Of a stretch of 64,000 nt of DNA, positions 1-13,915 are shown piece after piece. Source of the DNA: Tubiluchus corallicola. Taxonomy: Eukaryota > Animalia > Priapulida. The position numbers were made by a program, and so were the translations under genes. The stretch's first letter is position 1; each line of letters opens with the position of its first letter. The stretch is taken from positions 372,001 to 436,000 of the forward strand of contig JAQGDQ010002372.1 in NCBI GenBank assembly GCA_030141605.1. Reading direction: 5' to 3'. The notes under the pieces are model-generated. The model ran no database searches. It saw only the letters and a list, made by a program, of their open reading frames with translations, and was not told the DNA's origin.

Positions 1-1257
1 ATAGAAAAATATCAAATTTACCCATTTCGTCGTTATCTCGTATTAACAATCATGCGTTATCTATATTCGTGCATTCGACCACTTTCCGATTACTCTTATT
101 TATATCACGAAACCTACTCCTACTATTACTTTTAGCACCACTACTACAGAATTTCAAGTGCCACGTTAGTATCAGAAGCAGTGGTAGAAATCCTGTGACA
201 ACAGCAGCGTTTGCGCATAGGTCCTGTACACCGTATTACAGAAAAAATAAAAAATGTATGTCGATGGGCAATGATAATTAAATTTTTCTGGACCTATATT
301 TATGCTTGCACTTTTCATCTATGGCCTGTTATAGCATCTGGTTGTATAATCGTAAACAATTTGTAGTAATGTTACCTCCATATGTGGACATGATTCTTAA
401 GAAACAAATCAATCTAATCTCAAGAAATATATAACTTGACATAAAACCAAAGCTCTTATTTATTATCATAGAATTTAGAAAAATACAGGTTTTGGTCTTC
501 ATTTATCCTTATTTCAGTTTTCATTAAAGTTGATAGTTAATTATCTTAGCTGCAATAGAGCATCGCTTAAAATTAATGCAGTTACATATTCCATTAGTTT
601 CACTCTCTGCTGCCAGAACTTTGAAAGAGTACTACAAATTAGTCAGTCGTCTGTGTTGGATTTTTGTGAAAGGGCTTATCACTTAATAATCATTGCTTGG
701 GTTAGACTGGTGATTAATTAAACAAAAAATACGCCAAGCATTTGTTTCATTAATTCTTTAGCTTTGCAACAGTTTTTTGTTCAAGCCTTACAAGACACAA
801 TTCCTGACCTAATTGTGGTTCTACTGTTTTTTGCCACCGCTTTCGTACTATGTAGTGAAAGGCGGTAAAGATTCACTGGTTAAAATGTTTTTTCGAATGA
901 CTACTTTTGAAGAACGTTAAACTAATTGCAGTGTGTCTTTTGCTTTTTGACGGTTTCCTATATTGTCGGTTAGACAGTTGCAGTCCTGAGGGCAAAGCTG
1001 TTACTGTCCCATTTTGTGACATGGAAAAGTCATTTTGACTTCTAGATGGCACCTATTGCGATAGTGATGCACATTCACTGAGTCTATTTGTTAAAAATGT
1101 GAGTGAAATTACAACACACGTGTAACCTAGTTTAAACGCGGTTAAAAGAAATAAAATCAACATTTAAGAGTCAATTTTGCGTGATTATCTACGAAAATAT
1201 GAAAGTTTACACGCATAATTTGAAAACATTATTTTGTACACCGGGCGTCTAGATTCC

Positions 1258-1279
1258 CGGGGTGGGGGGGGGGGGGGGG
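1258..1279. repeat. Poly-G tract
   Basis: ggggt followed by a run of about 16 G; possible G-quadruplex or transposon-internal G tract. Confidence 0.85.
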
Positions 1280-4200
1280 TGAAAGACGAAAAGTAGACAA
1301 AGAAAGAGGGAAAAGGGAATGTTACATGAATGAAAAAGCGAGCAAATAAAGAGTGACCAAATATACAAATGAAAGAAAGAATAAATAAATAAATGTATGA
1401 AAGAAAAATGAATGGACGGGTTGATATTTAGATAGACTTATAAGAGAACGAAGAAACTCGCGAAGAGCGTGACCAGAACTTTCTATGTCAACCGAACAAA
1501 CCATTAAGTAGTGGGTTACATTTAAACCGGTTACCAAAACTCATGTTGATAATTTCAAAAACTTCTAGGTGACAGCATCTTACACGTGCTATTCGCACTG
1601 TGTCACTGACTACATTATGTGTACATTGGCTAATGAATACCTGCCCGCCCGTAAGAATACAGGGCCAATAACCGTGATGATAATTTATGCGCATATTTGC
1701 ACACACATTGTCGTCCGATTTAGACACCAACTTTATTTATTTAGTTTTGCCATAACGAAAATGGCTATATTCAAAATTTAGTAAATGAACCAATAATTCG
1801 TAATCTTGCAATTAAAATTATGCATAATTTGTTGTACTACAAAATTTTATAATATTCTTTTATAAGTTCTTTGTAATATTTTGAAAGCTTTGAGGCACGA
1901 GTAGTTGTAAATGGTGTACAGTAATGAACTTGTTGTTAAGAAATGTTGTTGTAAAAAAGACTTGTAAACAACAAACAGAAACAACCTCAAGTGATGGCAT
2001 TGTCACATTTCATTCTGGTTGATTTTTAGGGCGATACTCAAGAGTCACAAGTTTTGAATGTACTGTTAAATAATTTTGAAAATGGAACAAGGTTTTCACG
2101 TTGTTTGTATTGTTTGTTTAAATGGGCTTTTCATTGGCGATGTCACATCAGCAGGCACACCTATCCCTGTATAGATAGTTTTCTTCATTTGGTTTTTAAA
2201 GGTACGTAGAATTTTGTTTCTATGTTGCTAGTCTTTTGTTGCTCTTTTTAAAGTACGTGATGATTTATAGCTTTTCCCATTTTTGTCTAGAAATTGTCGG
2301 TGGAGTGAACTAGCAATTGTAGCATAATGAGTCTTCTTTTGGTCCTTTTTCTAATTTTTTTTGAAGAACTGTATAGGCATATGTTTGTTGTAGTTAAATG
2401 GGCAGGCAAACCGTTGTTCCAGGCTTACACTGACTTTTTTCGATTATCTGTGCAAGAGAATCAGACGTGAGAAAAATGAAACTGATTAAGTGAAAAGCAA
2501 TTAAAACAGCTTGCAAGTTTGTGGTTTCGACTTGTTTGTCCGTATTTGTATTGTGTTTGTGGCGTTGACTGGTATTTTCGCTAAATTGTTCAGCAGATAT
2601 TAAAATTAGCAGTTTTTACCTGTACTACATTACTTCAGGATTTGAATTTTTTCTGATGCTGCACTATTAGCTTTATAATGACGAGCCTTATTCACAATCA
2701 CATTCACAATTGAAACCTACTATTCGTTGAGGATGACTAATGTTGCCGCTGATGATGGTAAGCTGGTGATGGTGGTATCCGTGTTGTGGTTGTTGTTTTC
2801 ACCATCGCCATCCATCACTCATTGCCATCGTCATCGCCATTATTTGGTCGAATTTCTCGTCATTGTTATTGTTGTCGTCGCTTTCATATTGTTGTTTTTT
2901 TAGTAGATAGGAAACCAGCGTCGACAACAACTTCTGCCTGAGGTTTGTGTTTGAAAACACATACCTGTAGGATAAAACTGTATTGCCCGCAGGTTTGAGT
3001 TTCAAATGATAAAACCTGAACAGGGGAGTTGCAAACTTCCAAATATTATTTCAGTACAGGAATGCATTTTGTGTAATTGAGCAGAAAAATCAGAAAAAAT
3101 TATCCATACTCAAACGTTTATTTCCAGTTCTGTCACGCATGCCAACTACACCGCCTGTTATTTTTTCCCTTGCTTCCTGCGAAATTACGATGTTTCATAT
3201 TTGTGTAATTTTCAGTAATGCGCGTATTTTATCTTTGTAATGATGCATAATTACTTAATTTCAAAAATATTCATGTGGACCGCATATTTCGTCTTTAGAC
3301 AGAAGATCATTATGCTGCTAATATGATCACTTTAACTATCTTTATCTTGCACGCACATCTAAAATTAAATTGCAGTAATAATTCAAAGTTCTCATTTTGC
3401 GTCCTTCAGAAGGTAAAGAGTTACCAGTTAATCACATACTGGGGTATGTTATTTACGTTTTCTACTATAATTATTAAAGAATTTCGAGATATGCTTAAGA
3501 AAGGGAAACAGTTGTTCATTTAGCATTCAACTATTTACCGGTATGAAGACCCAGTGAAGGATAAAATAAACAACAACAAAAAATATTAGAAGGACGTCCA
3601 CAAACAAAAAAAGAGTCGAAATATACCGTACATCAGAGTCATTTGCAATATTTGCCGCCAGAGCACTGCCAGATTGCACAACTCTGGTAAGCAGATCACA
3701 CTAACACTTGCGTCGTATATGAATAAAGTGTAGAAGAAATAAATTTACACACTCCTGAGATGCATTGCAATCATATGTGTTTAAATTTAAAAAATTTCCT
3801 TATACCATATACGACACCCTAAGTTTCTCTAGAATATACACGCTTGTGCAAATTAATTGAACGACTGACAGATTTTACGGCATTTTTCCCACCTCTCATG
3901 GTATTTTCCAGCCATGAACTGCGACTTGCAGATTATGAAATCCCCTTAACAGCATTTCTGACATGAATTGGCCTAATTTTGCCTATTGTTATGCGAAAGT
4001 CGTTCCCTATGTTCCATGGGGAACGTCGCCAGAAATTTCTTGAAAAATGAGACCGCTAAAGTTTACTGACACGGCACCTCTTCGGATTTAAGCCCAGTTG
4101 AAAACTTGTGGTTGATTGTCAAGCTGCGCCTGCGAGAACAGAGTGTATCGCCAGGCAGAAGCTGATAGATGTCATCATCCAGCTGTGGTACCATGTCGCT

Positions 4201-5750
4201 CAGATTTTTTTGTGAATTCCATGCCGAAACGAAATTATATTCCGAAAATTATCAGAGTGATTAAAATGAGTGTTTTGAATTATAAGAAAACAACGCATTT
4301 TCATTCATTTTTATGCATTGGTTCACTTAATTTACACAAGGGTGTATTTGTCTAAATTAACTCAGAGTGAACAACAATAGAAGGTACAACAGTAAATTTT
4401 GAAAAGAAGGGATTTAACATTAGCAGAACAGTTACTAAACTTCCTTATTAAAGTATTAATGCAGACATAGAACAACTGCGTTATATATTACAGAATTGCA
4501 CCAGGTGGCTTGGAGAAACTACCGAATTTCAGATCAAATAATTTCACTACTGTTTCACACTACAAAGTTTAAACAGAAGAGTGAGTTAACACACAACGGC
4601 ATTGGGCCACGACATGTAACAGATATCAGATAAGTGCAACATTATGAATCACATGTGTTGTGTGATTTATATTTGTATCAAAATTGTATTTTTTATGCAC
4701 ATGGTAACAAATATGTGTCCGATAGTTCATGCCGTTATGCGTTCTGTGCTTCTAGTTGAAGCCTATATCAATCCTGAAGACTATCTTCTCTTTAGCTGTA
4801 AATTGAACTAATTTTTAATGTCACATTGCAAGCGAATGTCTCAAATTGAAATTGAATTCTCAAAATTTGTAGACTAGAAATTCCCCTAAACGTTTTTTGT
4901 TTGTTTGTCTGCTTGCTTGCTTGTTTGATATTTATGTCTGCCAGAAAGCACAATATCGGTGTTGGATAGGTTAGGGTCGTTCTACGCACGTTTGTAAATA
5001 CTGCATACATGTCGTTTTAACCACGTAGTTTATGTAAAAATTGTCCTATTTTGTGTTTTGTGTGTGTCACTATTTCCTAATCCTTCTAGGTGTTGTTCTT
5101 AATACCACGTATTCACTACCTGCGGTACCAGTACCAACCCTTGTAATTAGGAATAATTAATTCTGACACTGACCTGGTAGTAACGATATAATTTGCATCT
5201 CATTATAATACCGATGAAGCTACCGATAGAAGCGTATTCGTAATCGGTGAATTCGTCACATGTCAGCTTATCAGACAAAATATGTTTTCCGTATACAGCA
5301 AACTCTGTGAGAATTGTTTACCCATGATTGACTAAAATATCCTTTTTGCCTGTGCTTTTTCTGTGTGCATGTCAAGTTCGGGAAGTCCGTACGGCTTTTT
5401 TGTGCAGTTCGGCCTGATCCAGTGCTCAGTAGCGGACTTACTTAAAACAAAACAATCTTAAACTGTAGATCAAAACAATCTAATCTTTAAAATATTGAAG
5501 TAAACATACTATTTTTTCAAAAATGACTTACGTGAAAGAATTATTACCACACAAACACAATTTCGCGTTCGCGTTCGCGCCACTAGTTCCTCATCGTTGC
5601 ATGCATTTCGCCATTCGCTAGTTAGACAGGCACCAGTGCCTGCATCTCGGAAGCGCATTGCACAAAAAACAGATGCTGTACTTCTCAATTCAGATGTATT
5701 AGTTTGTGACGAACTACACACGTTCGACAGCTCATGCGTGAGCACAGCGG

Positions 5751-6042
5751 TAAATCTGAAATTTTAATTTTTTATATTAAAACTTGTCTGATTTTAGTAC
5801 AACACACTGAACAACTTACAGTAGCACTGTACTTCAATTTTCGCTTTTGCAAACACGTGCAACACGCTAATGGAATATTTTTGCTGTTGAAAATTGTTAG
5901 TTAAAGATGTCATCAATAGTTGGTCTCGCCCACCATTAATTAATTATCAGAAACGCTTTTGCAGTATTAATTGTGTTAAAATGTGTTTTTATTTGACTTG
6001 AAAATGAGGTAGTATATGAAAAATCATCCTGTCTTCCTTTAA
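5751..6042. mobile_element. Arm of a Kolobok/T2-type non-autonomous element (terminus ...CCTGTCTTCCT|TTAA)
   Basis: About 290 bp collinear with 49765-50053 (ttttagtacaacacactga, aatatttttgctgttgaaaatt, gatgtcatcaatagtt, gaaaaatca.cctgtcttcctttaa). A TTAAAGGRR terminus is characteristic of T2/Kolobok MITEs. Confidence 0.7.
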
Positions 6043-9000
6043 CCTAGGTGGTGTGGCAGTACCAGAATCTGAGTAATTATCATGTATAGACCCCTCAAAT
6101 GAGACACTGAGCCGAATTGCTGCCTCATTCACATTCACGTATTGCATATAACGGTTGTGAATAAAGGGAATATTGGAATACAAACATTACACATGAACTT
6201 GAAGCCGTCCAGAGACAGTTTATTCGATAGTCACTTGTCCATTTGCTAACCAGTTCCGGCGTTACTTAAAGAGGAAGAAACTTTAGGCAGTTTTAAAGTA
6301 TGTTCCAAATACCTGTTTGAAATACTTATATAACTAGAAGAGAAGAGGCTTACTAATTTAAAATGTTCGCGTCTACTGATAAAATGTCACTCACTCACCT
6401 TCCTAGTGTTCAAGCTGATTCGCCAAAAATATTTTTAATTTTATTGACAAATGACAAGATGAAGTAAGTAATTTATATTTTTGCTTAGCTAGTGAAGTGT
6501 ACCTAGGAATACTGTGATGATTTTTTCAAATTTACGCAATGTTACCTAAATTTGTTTCAAACAATCTACCGGTCAAATGGCTGTGCCTAACGGTCACAGA
6601 GGGAGTTTAAGTTTTCAAGTTTTATACTGCGTTGCTGATAATACAAGTGCTGTGCGCAGTTAAGGAGTAAGGTGATACAAAAGCGCAACACGATTTTTTG
6701 CTTTATGTATGTAAAGGGTTCTCTTGTGCTTTACTTTTACAGCGAAGGTCGCACAGCTAACAGTCAGCTGTTCCCGTTGCTATATAATTCTTCATTACTC
6801 ACTTTTTCTGTATTGTATTTTTTACAATTGTACCCCCCTGGTAAAATGATCGATTTCTTAAATTCCAAAGATAAAAAAGTTTTAAAAGATTTTTCAAGTA
6901 TTTATTTGCTTATCTGATTTTGCGCCATACATAGGAAATAACTTCAAAGGCATGCTTAATTTAACAAACGTTTTTCTTTTGCGGCGTGGTTGTGACACTG
7001 CTATGTTTGTTTCCAGTCTTGTTTACTGTCTGTTACATGCATTTTGATGTGCTAAGACAACCTGTAGAGTTCAGGTTATGCTAATAAACCATTAGCTGTG
7101 TTAATTTCCATTATTAAACCCTAATGACACAGTAACCATTGTTTCAAACATTCTACCAAATCTTCAGTAGTGAAGTGTTGTAAATGATCAAGAGCGATCA
7201 GTTTGTTAAGGGCTCATTTGCAATGTTAAATACTTTCTTTCAGTGACCTTTCACCCTTTAGTTTAAGGGTGTTGTTGAGAGGAGCCGATTTTAACGGTGA
7301 ATTTATTCTTATTTGCTGATTAATTCTCCACATGAATAGTTAGTTAGCGCGGCACTGCAACTTAATTAGCATTATTTGTTTAAATGATCTGGCAATAGAA
7401 CATAATTATGCTATCTAAAATAATCTGACTATCTGTGAGGTCGCAATTACATATGCTGAACATGTACCTTACTAAACTTACTAAACCGTTGTATATGTAA
7501 TTCTGAGATCAGGATCACGTGATTTGTTTATGACGTGCAACAATGGCTGCCAAGATGCTCACAAAAGTTAGTTTCGATCCAACATCCTAACGCTAAATTT
7601 TATCAAACTTAATTTTTCAGTTTTGAAGAATTTTAAGTAACAAACTCTGGGTTCTGTGAAGAAACAAAGTACAAATACTTTAGTTTATGGATAACTTTGC
7701 TGTGCACATCGAATTCACAGACGTAGTTATGTGCAGGATGTCCCACACATCACTATACAATTTTCATTTTCTATATTTTTAGCAAAGCAAAATATTTGAA
7801 AATTTGTACAAGTGAATTAAAATCGAGTACAATGAGTAAGCTTTGATATTTTCGCTGCCTTGTTCAAGGAACTCTATAGCTTTAGAGACCAGTCCAATGG
7901 CAAGTCGGACATTCTGCATCAAAAAGTCGCTCACAGCCTGTGAGTGGCAAGGAATTACTGCACCTTGTTAAAAAATTATCAATATTGTCGTCCATAATTA
8001 TGGTGTTCTAAATTTCCGGTAACTTCAGTTGGTGATCGAAAAACCTCATACCTGTCGTCGCTGTAGCGCCGGGGTTCCAGTCAAAATGAATAAAAACAAT
8101 TGCCAAATGCCCCTTATGATTCATGTACGAGTTTGCTGATGTCGGAGATAAATTTAAAAAGCAAATTAGAATCAAAAGTGCAAGGTGAGTTATGAGACAC
8201 CTTATATAATAATCGCCTGTTAGAAAAGATGGCGCATAATCATTTAGTCCAGACAAACAGTATGACCCAATGGCAACTGCATATTAATAAGTACATTCAG
8301 ATGATAGTGTATAACGGAGACTGCATGCCAATCAGATTGTAATATAAGGACTGGTATCTGATTGGCACACGTATCAGTACGACGGTCATAAATGATGACC
8401 TAAAAGTCTATATAATTGTAAAAATTGTATAGAGAGTAAAACGGCATATATAAACGGCAATTAAAATGATAATAACTTTTGATGCATGTTATTTTTGTTA
8501 GCTTAGCGTGTAGTGTAGTATATTTGAAGGTATTGTACATGCATAATATTAATGTACAAAGATGAGTAATTGAGTGACTTCCTAATGTTAAATTTCAGTC
8601 TATCACTCTTACGTTATCCATTCGTTTGACTTTGATTTTTTTTGAGTACGTATTGAAGATGATAAAATATTATTTTCAAAGTAAATTAATATAACGAGAT
8701 GTTTAAACCGTAAAACCTTCAATCGGGCGAGAGAAATGTTATTGCCAACCGAAGTAAGGCAATACTGAGACAGGTAACTAAAAAGACTGGCGACACTCAG
8801 GAAGATCCCTTCCGCAATTTTGCCAAACATTCTGTTGTGGGCTATTTTCATCTGCCTTATTGTCTTTAACTTTGTAGTCTTCTATTTCCTCAGAGGGAAT
8901 GTATATTTTAAGAAAATAGTTATATTTAAAAATAAAGTCAATATAACGGAAACGCTCGCACTATAAAAAGCTGTTCTCATTAAATTCAAAAATTTTAGTT

Positions 9001-11292
9001 GTCAAGTAATGCAGTACATGTTTATTGAGCAAGTAGTACTATCTCAGCTCAAGGTGATATGATGTAGCCAAAGTTAGTTGTTTAAAGATTATTTGTTAAA
9101 TACTGTATACTACACGCAATCAATCACTCAATTTTGAAACAACTCCATCCACGTTCGCCGACCCACCCCACCCCCATCTAATCGCCCACTTCCTCAGAAA
9201 ACTGCGGAACTTGATTATACCACCAGTAACTCGCTCTGATTCACTCTGTGCGATTTCAAAAAGCTATTTTAGCACTGTTAACACAATACTTGACATGCTA
9301 CTATTAACCATCAGTAGTACTACCACTGTATTTTCAGGCAGTTTTTTTCTCCATTCTTTGTTGTGTGTTTACGTAGATGTTTATTTCCTCCACTGATATT
9401 TTTTTCATCAGTTTTTGCAGTGTCAAAATTACTCAGGTGAATTTATTATTGTCATTGCCGTTGTCAGTAGGTTTGAACCGTAGGATAAGCCAGTTATGCT
9501 TGCGTGGCGATTTAATGAAACATGTAGAATTGGGTTCAAGTAGTCAATCGCCCACACAGAAATTCAAGACATGGTTCATGTGTTAGAAATATGGCTCAAT
9601 CACACCTAATCAACATTACGATTCATGTTGATTAGTCTATCAGTTGTGTTGGAAGGTAAAATTTAAGTGCCACATGCACAGCAGCAGCGAAACTACGAGC
9701 TTATATTCGTAATTAGTTGGCAACGTCATATGGAACACACACAGAAAAAAACCAAAAACAGTGCAGCTTGCAAAGTTTAGCTGAGGTTAACGTAGCCACT
9801 ATAGAATAAAATGTCTAGTTTCTGCTTAGGTGTAGGCTAGGCGTAATAAGCTTTGTAGTAAATACAACACCAAGAAAACGTGACTGATTAATGCTGACCG
9901 GCGATTTTTCCCAAATGCTCACCGAAAACAAAACATAGCGCTAAGTATGGAAGATTCTGTTCAAAATCGGTCGTGTTAAACAGGCCCAATTGGGGTAAAA
10001 ACGAATAATGCACAGTAGAAAATCTAACAAAAAATAAACAGAAAATAAATGGAAAATATGCGAGCTACAGTAGTTACGCACACAGCTTCATCAAGACGCA
10101 TTTCTACTCATTTTGTTTTAACACAAACTGGGTTTTGCTGTGGCAGTGAACCTTTCTCGTGTTTTAATTTTCAGATGAGAGTTGATTAAACGCGCATTTT
10201 TAACAAATTAAATTCCAAACGTTAAGCTGCGTATTTTGTACTAAATCAGGTCTTCGTGAATTTAGTTCAGCTTGTTTTGTGTTAAGTTAAATACGTACTT
10301 ATTGAATTAAATTCCCTTACAATATGCTGTTATGCTGCACAGTGCCGAAACTATTGATGATTGGGCATCAAAACCGACTTACCATAGACCTTGAATCTCT
10401 TAATTAAAGAAAGCTGTGGACAGCTTTTGAGAAATAATTAAGCCAACAAATTTTCTCGAGTATTTTGCTTGTCAAAGGGTGCTTGATGAATTGCAGAATA
10501 ATTGCGAGTGTTTTTTAATTTTGCCGAAGACTTTCGGTGTTTGCAAGGGGTTGTTCTGAAGGACGCAGAGGTCGAGTTTTTCTCTTTCTGTACGTTCTAG
10601 TTTCTGTTCTATATAATAAATTAATAATAACGCCCAATATTGCTCGTGGACTATTATAGACGTAAATTAATGCTTTTATAGTCACTTGGGCTTTTATAAC
10701 TCATAATATCTTTTTATTTGCAGGCGGTTTTTTGTGTTTCTTAATATATACAAAGCTATAGTTTCAGGCAAATTATGTTAATCCAGTGTTGCTGTTTAAT
10801 TCGTTCTGTGTTCTTTTAATTGATCACCAAGTAGTTTTTAGCTGTTAATTTTTATAATTTTTACTGAGACACGGCCTTTTTCATTGCCAAGATAACAACA
10901 CATTTTCCTGTTTGCAGTCATGTTCAGAAAATTACGTATTATTCCGCAGTTGCCCTTGAAGGTGATGGGTTGAGAACTCAGTGGATAGTTCTAAGTACTT
11001 TTCTAGAAGACAAGCTTGAATAATAATTTTCTCCTTAGTTTGCACAACGTAATGAGTTAACTTAGGCCACAAACTGATGATTATAGTCGAAAAATGTAGG
11101 AAAGCGTAAAAAATTTTAGTGGTGTCGCTGCACAAGTTAAACCTACCATGCTTTCGTACAAGACTTAAATTGCAAAAACTTCAATTTTAATATCAAAGAA
11201 ATAACCAAAACCCTAATTTATCTAACATGTCTTTCTACTACGTATGAGCTCTCTTTTTATTAATATGAGGTGATACAGAAAAATATGCTGAA

Positions 11293-11452
11293 CTAGACTG
11301 CAATACTATTAGAAGCAAGTACCTTCAAAGTAGAAATTTCACAGCATACTGTTACAATACATTTATTTTTGACTGTGAAAGTTACAAGTTTATAATTTTT
11401 GTAATTTTTAAGTAGTAGCCGAAAAGCTTTTGCATATTAAAAGTTTACATGC
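11293..11452 (+). repeat. Interspersed repeat, homologous in inverted orientation to 55575-56060
   Basis: agactgcaata..attagaagcaagt.cctt.aaagt.gaaatttca...tgttacaatacatt...taagt.gtagccgaaaagcttttg.at.ttaaaa matches the reverse complement of both flanks of the hAT MITE. Confidence 0.8.
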
Positions 11453-11642
11453 TGGAACAGATAATCATCACCAACTGAAAAAACCACGTTGGTGCATAAA
11501 TTACTTCATACGTGTCAGCAAATTTATAAAGAAATCAAGTCTAGTTAGTCAATTAGGTTATATCCAATAGGTTACACACATGTCTTCACTACAAAAGACC
11601 GATATTAAAATTTTGTTATCAATAAAAGTAGGACTTGATCGC

Positions 11643-12012
11643 CTAGACTACGGTACCTGGAATCCCCTTGAAGAGAAAGTCAAGAACAGTCGCACAGAGC
11701 CGTTGATGCGCAGGAAAAATGCAAAAATTGTTTTGAGTGCTGGCCTCTACCTCCTTAAGGAAGTGAGAAACTACATCAGCTGTTAGAAGAAACGCCTTCG
11801 TCTAGTTTGTATTGAAAATAATGGACACGTAGGCACTGCTGTAAATTTTAGCAGTAGCGACATACAGTTTTTTCTTGCCACGTTGTTTTGACACGTTGTT
11901 TTCAAGCTTCTGCGTCTTTGGGAAAATCTAAGGAAATAACCTGTTTATAGGTAATCGTCTGTAGCGTTAGTGTGGTTATTGTCAAATTCCGGACATTTTA
12001 TAGCGTAGTACA
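11643..12012 (+). mobile_element. Tc1/mariner transposase 3' relic (DD37D-like)
   Basis: LDYGTWNPLEEKV at 11643 resembles the (NP)LDYxxWxxLExKV block. KRLRLVCIENNGHV at 11790 resembles the terminal RLxxxIxxxGGHxE motif. The frame is interrupted by a stop, and the limits are approximate. Confidence 0.6.
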
Positions 12013-13799
12013 TATGTCTCAGAATTGTCCCATTTTTTACTATTTAAATTAATTCTTTGAGATTACACAATCATGATAAAGTAAGGCGCTTTAGCTTGAT
12101 GAATAGAGTTAAGCGTACATTTTCTCTTAATTTGATTATAGGAACGAAGTAAGAGAGGTCACAAATATAGTACAAAAACGATATCAGTGTCACAAACTGC
12201 AAACATGGGTAATAACTTTTCCCATCTCTAGTGAGTTGTTTACACTAGTTATTGTAATAATTACTGGTTCCACGTATTGTATGTGGATTAGGATATGCTA
12301 TTGTTCGTCATTGTGTTAGTGGCCCCCATTTCATCAGTAATCCTCAGTGGGTTTTGCTGATATAGCTTTAGTAGCCTACCAAACTACCTGTATTATGTGT
12401 GCCTATTGTCTGGTCAATCAATTTTGTAAAGTTCATTACCTGCAGATGCTTTCAGTCCTCCATCATGCCAGTCCGCAAAAATTGGTGGTCTGTGCTGTAT
12501 ATGTCTAGATTAATAGATTGCGCCTGCGCAAAATATCTAATGGGAAAAAGGAGGGTTTTTGAGCTACAGTTAATATAAAACAATACCACTGGGAAAGCCA
12601 AGTGACGTTTTTAAAAAAATAAGTCTATGCCTTTTTATTGAGAACAAGGGTATTGTGACGTTATAAGGTTGCTGTGGTTAAGGACTTTAGGTCAGCTTAT
12701 CAAATTCAATAACCGAGGTATTATCAAAAACTGTGACTTTTTTGCGTAATCGGGATTTTAGATCCTTTCAGTATTTTTAGATACTCTTCTTGTTTGTACG
12801 TCCTGTTTTTCCTGTTTGTCCTTTTTATTTTTATGTTGACAATTTTCAGTGCGTTCTCTTTTATAGCCAAGTCACAGCAGTAAGGATAAAAGTTGTTATA
12901 ATTTTTGAGAGGAAAGAGTAAATGAGGGAAAGATTTGAGCTCGCTACCTGAGTTTACCATACCTGTTTTTGCCATCTCAGGTAATATACATTTTAGATAC
13001 AGCTCAGCCTTAGAAGTTCAGCACTTTCGACGTATCCTATATGTTTAGTTCTTTAACTTTTTGTCATGATTTCAAAAACAATTATTCTTGTAGTATACTT
13101 TCATTGAATAGATAGACAGCCTCCTGTCAGGGTATTTTGCCTGCTAATTAGCTGTTTTTATTAACCTCAACCACATCTTTAGGCCCCTTAAAAAAGTAAC
13201 GCCTAATATATCAAATTGATGGTTCCAGTTCAATACAGTGACATGGATGTTTTAGTGACCTCTCGTTGCGAAAGCCAAACAAATTCCTTCACACTAATCG
13301 ATGTGTTCAACAAAGGTGGACAGAGAAACCTAAAAGCAAAATCATTAATATCTGTCTCAAAATAGTTTTTTACTTTCTGATCGAACCGTTTACTATACAG
13401 GACGACTATCACCTCTAACAAGACGTTTGTAAGAGATTTATTAATGGCCCCGCGGACAAACGGTTCACTAAAGTTGTGATGAAATTAATTTATTAACTAA
13501 TCTCAGGACAGCCAAAAGTTGGGGAAAAGTTATGTTTTTCTGATTGATCAACTCTGCAACAATTTGAAATGCGCCCAAGCAACATATTTATTCTGGCAAG
13601 ATATTTGTTGAGAGATACATATATTCAGACACGTGAGGTAGCCACAAGGCCAAATGATATAAGGTGCCATGTAAAAAGACAGAAACTGCTAGACTATATT
13701 TGTTCCCTCTAAGAACAACTATGGCGGGCCCTAGATATGTGTACAAGTTCTACAAGAGAAATTGGCAACCAAATGCGCTTTCATGTATGTATAATTTTC

Positions 13800-13915
13800 C
13801 TGTATGATGGTGCCGATGTCATCGGTCAAATGCAGCGGAGAATTTTTTAACCAGAACCAAAATCCCAGTATTCGATTGGCCTGGAAACAATCCGGACCTT
13901 AACCCCAGTGAAACT
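13800..13915 (+). mobile_element. Tc1-family transposase relic (DD34E catalytic region)
   Basis: IPVFDWPGNNPDLNPSE at 13862-13912 matches the Tc1 WPxxSPDLNPIE motif. A DGA triplet lies upstream at 13806 in a shifted frame. Confidence 0.72.

Noticed and set aside
2735-2885. (GAT/GGT)-rich tract followed by a (CAT/CGT)-rich tract that could fold back
   Set aside because: Degenerate trinucleotide low-complexity sequence, so the complementarity is expected from composition.
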